From contig CAWEYG010000001.1 of NCBI GenBank assembly GCA_963813155.1, forward strand, positions 19,897 through 51,896: DNA of 32,000 bases, given 5' to 3'. The stretch's first letter is position 1. Every line of letters begins with the position of its first letter. Positions 24,690-32,000 of the stretch are shown piece after piece. Origin of the DNA: an uncultured Acidobacteriota bacterium. Its GTDB lineage: Bacteria; Acidobacteriota; Thermoanaerobaculia; UBA5066; DATFVB01. The position numbers were made by a program, and so were the translations under genes. The notes under the pieces are model-generated. The model did not search any database. It was not told the DNA's origin and saw nothing but the letters and a program-made list of their open reading frames with translations.

Positions 24690-26351
24690 ATGGTGCGGCC
24701 CAGCCGGCCAGGCCTTCCACGCGCTTTCCCGACTGTGGCAGCGATCCTGCTTTCGCTGGCTCTCTCATCCTGCGCGCCCACTCAACGGCCGAGACTTTCC
24801 GTCGTCGCGATTCCAGCTCGCCCGTCCGCTCCTTCCCTGATCGAGCGGTCGAGCGACTTCTTCTACTCCGGGAAGAGGGCCGCCCTTTCGGGCGACTTCG
24901 AGTGCGCCGAAGATCAATTTCAACTCGCGTTGAACGCTGTCATTCCGCCCGCCGGGCCGCGCCCGGAAGCTTCCGACGTGACCGAGTTCTCCGCCTCGCT
25001 GTACGAGAGCATTCGCCGCTACGAGGCGATGGCCCAGACCGCCGCGGAAGCCGATCCGCAGGAAGCGCGCGACACGCCCGACGAGCTCGTCGGGGTCTCG
25101 GGCCAGAACTCTGCGGCGGATCTCGCCCTCGCGCGCGAGGAAGTGAAGACCGACGACCGCGCGGCGGCGTTCGATCTTCCGGTCGCCGTCAACGAGCAGG
25201 TGCTGAACATGGTTGCGAGCTTCTCGGCCCGGCCGGGTGTTCGCCACCGCTTCGAAGAAGGCCTCGGGAGAGCCGGCAAGTACATGCCGATGATCCGCGC
25301 CGTCCTCGAGCGCGAGGGGCTTCCGAAAGACCTGGCCTACGTCGCGATGATCGAGTCGTCGTTCAAGACCCGGGCCCGGTCCCGGGCACGGGCGCAGGGC
25401 GTCTGGCAGTTCATCGGAGCCACCGGCCGCCGCTACGGGCTCCACCGGACCGCGGCCGTCGACGAGCGGTCGGATCCGGTGAAAGCGACGGAAGCGGCGG
25501 CGGGCTATTTCAAGGACCTCCACGAAATCTTCAACGACTGGTACCTCGCGATGGCCGCTTATGACGCCGGCGAGGGACGGGTCGCTCGCGCGCTCGCGCG
25601 GACCGGCGCCGAAACCTACTGGGATCTCTGCCGTCTCGGAGCGCTCCCGAAGGAAACCCGGCTGTATGTGCCGTCCGTGATCGCCGCCGCGCTGATCGAC
25701 AAAAACCCTGCGCACTACGGTTTCCACGTCGAGCCGGAAGCGCCGGTTGCGTTCGAAACGGTCCGGCTGAACAAGCCGGTCAACGTCCACCGCCTCGCCC
25801 AGACGTGCCGCCTGGATGCCGACGAGCTCCTCGAGCTGAACCCGGAGCTGCGCGGCTCGACGACGCCGAAAAACCCGTCCGGATACGACCTTCGTGTCCC
25901 CGTCGGCGCCGGAGAAATCGTGAACGCCCGCCTCGGCCAGGTTCCGGCAGCCGCGGCCCCCTCCCTGCGGCAGTACCGCGTTCGAAAGGGCGAAACCCTC
26001 GCGAGAGTGGCGCGACGCTACGGCGTCTCGCTCGCCTCGCTCGCCGAAGCGAACGACCTGAGCCCCCGAGCGCGGCTCACCCCGAGACGGCTCCTCGTGA
26101 TTCCCGAGCGGGAGGAGGCCTCCGTCTCGCGCCGGCCGAAGAAGCGGGACAGCCGACGGACCGCCGAGGCGAGCGAGGCGGCACCCGACCGAACCGCCTC
26201 CGCCTACAGCGTCCGGAAGGGGGACACGCTCTTCTCGATCGCCAACTCCCACCACACGACGGTCCAGAAGCTCCGGGAGTGGAACCGCCTCGATGCGAGC
26301 AACGCGATCCAGCCGGGAGACCGCCTGAATCTCGCGCCCGCCAACCGCTGA
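24690..26351 (+). CDS. mltD: MltD-like lytic murein transglycosylase lipoprotein with two C-terminal LysM domains
   Basis: The ATG at 24690 lies inside the 990-aa ORF, whose upstream part is out-of-frame mglA-like sequence. It has the lipobox LSLALSSC and the SLT core AMIESSFKTRARSRARAQGVWQFIGATGRRYGL..AAYDAGEG. The LysM repeats are YRVRKGETLARVARRYGVSLASLAEAN and YSVRKGDTLFSIANSHHTTVQKLREWN. Confidence 0.88.
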   Translation: MVRPSRPGLPRAFPTVAAILLSLALSSCAPTQRPRLSVVAIPARPSAPSLIERSSDFFYSGKRAALSGDFECAEDQFQLALNAVIPPAGPRPEASDVTEFSASLYESIRRYEAMAQTAAEADPQEARDTPDELVGVSGQNSAADLALAREEVKTDDRAAAFDLPVAVNEQVLNMVASFSARPGVRHRFEEGLGRAGKYMPMIRAVLEREGLPKDLAYVAMIESSFKTRARSRARAQGVWQFIGATGRRYGLHRTAAVDERSDPVKATEAAAGYFKDLHEIFNDWYLAMAAYDAGEGRVARALARTGAETYWDLCRLGALPKETRLYVPSVIAAALIDKNPAHYGFHVEPEAPVAFETVRLNKPVNVHRLAQTCRLDADELLELNPELRGSTTPKNPSGYDLRVPVGAGEIVNARLGQVPAAAAPSLRQYRVRKGETLARVARRYGVSLASLAEANDLSPRARLTPRRLLVIPEREEASVSRRPKKRDSRRTAEASEAAPDRTASAYSVRKGDTLFSIANSHHTTVQKLREWNRLDASNAIQPGDRLNLAPANR

Positions 26352-26353
26352 GC

Positions 26354-26374
26354 GCGGGAGCCCTCCCCTTTTTC
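26354..26374 (+). terminator. Weak candidate intrinsic terminator after mltD
   Basis: gcGGGAgcccTCCCcTTTTTc: a short 4-5 bp GC stem followed by T5, 3 nt after the mltD stop. The stem is short, so confidence is low. Confidence 0.3.
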
Positions 26375-26496
26375 GTCGCGCCCGCCCTTGTGATCCCGGC
26401 CAGAATCCGCTAAGCTTCTCGAGTCCTCACCCCGGGTCCTCACCGAACAATTCGCGCCTGGTCAGCTCCGTTCTTCGGCCCCCCGAAGGAGGAACC

Positions 26497-28029
26497 ATGC
26501 TGTCCTGCGTCTATTCGGCCGCCATCGACGGGGCCGACGCCCGGATCCTCGAAGTCGAGGCGGACGTCTCCCAGGGTCTCCCTTCTTTTTCGATCGTCGG
26601 CCTCCCCGATGCGGCCGTGCGCGAGAGCCGGGAGCGGGTCCGCGCCGCCGTCCGCAACTGCGGGTTCGACTTTCCCCCGAGGGCCGTCACGGTCAACCTC
26701 GCTCCCGCCGACTGGAAGAAAGAGGGCTCCGCGCTCGATCTCGCCGTCGCGGCCGCGCTGCTCTCGACTTCCGGCGTCCTTCCCGCGGACGGAAAGCGGC
26801 GCGTCCTGGTCGGAGAGCTCGCGCTCGACGGAACGGTCCGGCCGGTCCGGGGCGCGCTCGCGATCTCCGCGGCCGCCGCCGACGGAAAGTTCGACGAGCT
26901 GCTCGTCCCGTGCGAAAACGCGAAGGAGGCCGCGCTCGTTTCGAACATTTCGGTGATCGGAATCGCCTCGCTGCCGTCCGCTGTCGCCCACCTCCGGGGC
27001 GACGCTCCGCTCTCGCCGGAACCGATCGGAGAGCTCGAAGACTGCCCGCCGGGCTTCCGCGACGATTTTCGCGACGTCGCGGGCCAGGCGGTCGCGAAGC
27101 GAGCCCTCGAAATCGCCGCCGCGGGCGGCCACAACATCCTGCTGTTCGGCCCTCCGGGGTCGGGAAAGACGATGCTCGCGCGCCGCCTGACGACGATCCT
27201 TCCGCCCTGGACTCGCGAAGAGGCGATCGAGGCGACGCGGATCCATTCGCTCGCGGGAATGCTTCGCGCGGGCAGCGGGCTCCTCGGCGAGCGGCCGTTT
27301 CGATCGCCGCACCACACCGTTTCCTTTGCCGGTCTCATCGGCGGCGGCTCGCACCCGAAGCCCGGGGAGATCTCGCTCGCCCACCGGGGAGTCCTGTTTC
27401 TGGACGAACTGCCGGAGTTCCATCGAGACGCCCTCGAAGTGATCCGCCAGCCGCTCGAAGAGAAGCGCGTGACGATCGCGCGAGCGAGCGGCGCGAGCGT
27501 CTTTCCGGCGCAATTCCTCCTCATCGCGGCGATGAACCCCTGCCCGTGCGGCTATCTCGGAGATCCCCGGCGGGCGTGCCGCTGCTCGCTTCACGCGATC
27601 GGGCGCTACCGGTGGAAGATCTCGGGGCCGCTGATCGACCGGATCGACCTCCACGTGCGCGTCCCGGCGGTCCCGTTCCGCGAGCTCGATTCGGGCAGGG
27701 CCGGCGAGGCGTCCGCGACGATCCGCGGGCGGGTCGTAAAGGCGCGCGCCCTCGCGGCGGCCCGGCTCCCCGAGCGCGTCGCCTCCTGCAATGCGGAAAT
27801 TCCGGCCGTTTCGCTTCGAAGGCTCGCCTGTCCCTCGTCGGAGGCCGTCGCAATCTTCGAGTTCGCCTCGCGAAAGATGAGCCTGTCGGCCCGGGCCATC
27901 CACCGGGCGCTCAAAGTCGCCCGGACGATCGCGGATCTCGCAGATTCCGAACGGGTTGAGGCTCCGCATGCCGCCGAAGCGATCGGATATCGGGCCCTCG
28001 ACCGAATCGTGCCCGATGCCCAAATTTGA
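26497..28029 (+). CDS. comM: YifB/ComM-family Mg-chelatase-like AAA+ ATPase
   Basis: 510-aa ORF. The N-terminal Lon-protease-like domain begins [38 protein letters not shown]. Walker A is [12 protein letters not shown], followed by [11 protein letters not shown] and the zinc-ribbon-like [27 protein letters not shown] lies upstream. Confidence 0.9.
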   Translation: MLSCVYSAAIDGADARILEVEADVSQGLPSFSIVGLPDAAVRESRERVRAAVRNCGFDFPPRAVTVNLAPADWKKEGSALDLAVAAALLSTSGVLPADGKRRVLVGELALDGTVRPVRGALAISAAAADGKFDELLVPCENAKEAALVSNISVIGIASLPSAVAHLRGDAPLSPEPIGELEDCPPGFRDDFRDVAGQAVAKRALEIAAAGGHNILLFGPPGSGKTMLARRLTTILPPWTREEAIEATRIHSLAGMLRAGSGLLGERPFRSPHHTVSFAGLIGGGSHPKPGEISLAHRGVLFLDELPEFHRDALEVIRQPLEEKRVTIARASGASVFPAQFLLIAAMNPCPCGYLGDPRRACRCSLHAIGRYRWKISGPLIDRIDLHVRVPAVPFRELDSGRAGEASATIRGRVVKARALAAARLPERVASCNAEIPAVSLRRLACPSSEAVAIFEFASRKMSLSARAIHRALKVARTIADLADSERVEAPHAAEAIGYRALDRIVPDAQI

Positions 28030-28031
28030 GG

Positions 28032-28059
28032 TTGACACCCGCTCGGACCCGGATATACT
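28032..28059 (+). promoter_or_regulatory. Near-consensus sigma-70-type promoter upstream of the M23 peptidase gene
   Basis: TTGACA (28032-28037), a 16-nt spacer, then TATACT (28054-28059). It lies about 70 nt upstream of the ATG at 28129, with GGGGAGGAG between them. Confidence 0.5.
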
Positions 28060-28128
28060 GCCGGAGCTTTAGCCCCCGGCTGCCACATTCCGAATTCTCG
28101 ACTCTCGAAGGGGAGGAGACTCGACACG

Positions 28129-28986
28129 ATGGCCCGGAAGTACAACACGATCATCTTCGTTCCCCATGCCCGGGCGAAATTCCGGAAGCTGAAGATTTCG
28201 AGCGAATTCCTCTGGAGCGCGGCCGGGGCCGCCCTGCTCCTGCTCCTCACGGCGGTCACGTTCACGACCCTGTTCTTCGTTTCGGCCCGGAAAGACCGGC
28301 AGTACCGGCAAACCCTCGTCGAGAACGAGCGCCTGAAGTCGAGCGCCGAAAAAATGACCACACGGCTGTCCCTTCTTTCCAAAAAACTCGACGACTTCGA
28401 GGAACGGACCCGGCGGCTCGCGATCGTGGCCGGAATGCCGACTCTCGCCGATGCGGGCCGGGGAGGAATCGGCGGCGCGCTCCCCGAGGGGGAAAACGCT
28501 TCCTTCGACCTCGTCGGGCGGGGAAAGTCCATCGGCGACCGGCTCGTCCTCCTCGAGAAGTCGATCGCCCGGCAGAACAGCCTTCTCGCGGGGACGCCGT
28601 CGATCGAGCCGGTGCGCGGGCTCGTCACGTGCGGCTTCGGCGAGCGAAGCGACCCTTTCACCGAGGAACCCGCATTCCACACGGGCCTCGACATCTCCAG
28701 CCAGCGCGGCCACCCGGTCGCGGCCTCGGCGGACGGAACGGTCGTCAAGGCGGGCTGGGAGAACGGCTACGGCCGGTGCGTGGAGATCGCCCATGGGATG
28801 GGCCTCCGGACGCTGTACGGACACATGGACGAGATCCGGGTCATCGAAGGACAGCACGTTTCGCGGGGCGACGCGATCGGCGTCGTCGGCACGACCGGGC
28901 GCTCCACCGGGCCTCACCTGCACTACGAAGTCCGGTTGGACAACCGGCCGGTCAATCCTCTCCAATACATCCTCGACAACCACTAA
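28129..28986 (+). CDS. M23-family metallopeptidase (membrane-anchored, coiled-coil N-terminus)
   Basis: 285-aa ORF with a TM anchor [21 protein letters not shown] and the LytM motifs FHTGLDIS and [15 protein letters not shown]. Confidence 0.88.
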   Translation: MARKYNTIIFVPHARAKFRKLKISSEFLWSAAGAALLLLLTAVTFTTLFFVSARKDRQYRQTLVENERLKSSAEKMTTRLSLLSKKLDDFEERTRRLAIVAGMPTLADAGRGGIGGALPEGENASFDLVGRGKSIGDRLVLLEKSIARQNSLLAGTPSIEPVRGLVTCGFGERSDPFTEEPAFHTGLDISSQRGHPVAASADGTVVKAGWENGYGRCVEIAHGMGLRTLYGHMDEIRVIEGQHVSRGDAIGVVGTTGRSTGPHLHYEVRLDNRPVNPLQYILDNH

Positions 28987-29180
28987 GCCAGCGGCGCGAT
29001 AGCTTGCGCTGCGAGGCGTCCTGCTCGCCTTCGGCCCGTCATTGCGAGCGAACGCTCTCGCGTCAGTCTCGCCCGGTCTCGGGGCGATCTCGCTTGCGGC
29101 TCGCGCGCCTCAAGGTCGTCGGAGCGAGCGCAGACTTTCGGGAATCCTTCTGGTATCTTAGGCGTTTACTTCGGAGCGTA

Positions 29181-31956
<2,776 letters not shown>

Positions 31957-32000
31957 GCGAGAGCTCCCGCCGAAAGCGGGGCGCGCCCGGCCCGGACCGT

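Noticed and set aside
26423-26444. Direct repeat GTCCTCACC x2 (13-nt period) upstream of comM, considered as a CRISPR or iteron-like signal.
   Set aside because: There are only two 9-nt copies and no further array, so this is compatible with chance or a minor regulatory site. It is not a CRISPR.
28990-29180. The 190-nt secA leader, including the minus-strand ORF 29063-29476 and several 5-bp GC palindromes (gagcg-aa-cgctc, cgccc..gggcg), considered as a leader peptide, sRNA or repeat element.
   Set aside because: The minus ORF is Arg/Ser junk overlapping secA. The stems are short and unremarkable for this GC content. I could not define a convincing promoter, secM-like ORF or conserved structure by eye.

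Overview
GC-rich bacterial chromosomal segment (roughly two-thirds G+C by eye), densely coding and mostly housekeeping. Left to right:

- arcC-arcA (arginine deiminase pathway, minus strand), a small DUF429-like ORF, and sthA.
- A secreted TPR-like protein and a heavily frame-disrupted rmuC.
- A GlsB/YeaQ-type membrane protein, a small zinc-ribbon ORF coupled to purB, then rlpA.
- A frame-disrupted family-2 glycosyltransferase, a membrane-anchored TPR-like protein, and thiD.
- A long minus-strand array: the classic hrcA-grpE-dnaK-dnaJ-prmA heat-shock operon runs with tiny junctions into nine small accessory or detox-type genes. These are FosX-like VOC, cupin, RibD_C/DHFR-like, PTH2, a membrane protein, DinB, a SAM methyltransferase and an ICL/PEP-mutase family protein.
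- On the plus strand: a DUF2520 protein, an MglA-like GTPase with a ~260-aa C-terminal extension, mltD, comM/yifB, an M23 peptidase and secA.

I see no CRISPR, tRNA/rRNA, transposase, integrase, or recognisable defence or toxin-antitoxin module.

The most striking sequence-level signal is frame disruption of otherwise well-conserved genes. There are single +1 shifts in arcC, the TPR-like gene and secA, three in the GT2 gene, and about 15 in rmuC. In addition, grpE has no stop codon and reads ~1 kb into dnaK. Uncorrected indel errors are the most economical explanation, but real gene decay cannot be excluded from sequence alone.

I do not find a convincing new multi-gene system. The best candidates for follow-up are the extended MglA-like GTPase next to cell-wall hydrolases, the purB-coupled zinc-ribbon ORF, the low-GC FosX-like insertion, and the translationally coupled DinB-methyltransferase-ICL/PEPM cassette.

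The arcC frame and the first 1.7 kb of secA are missing from the supplied ORF track because those frames stay open to the window edges. I translated them by hand.
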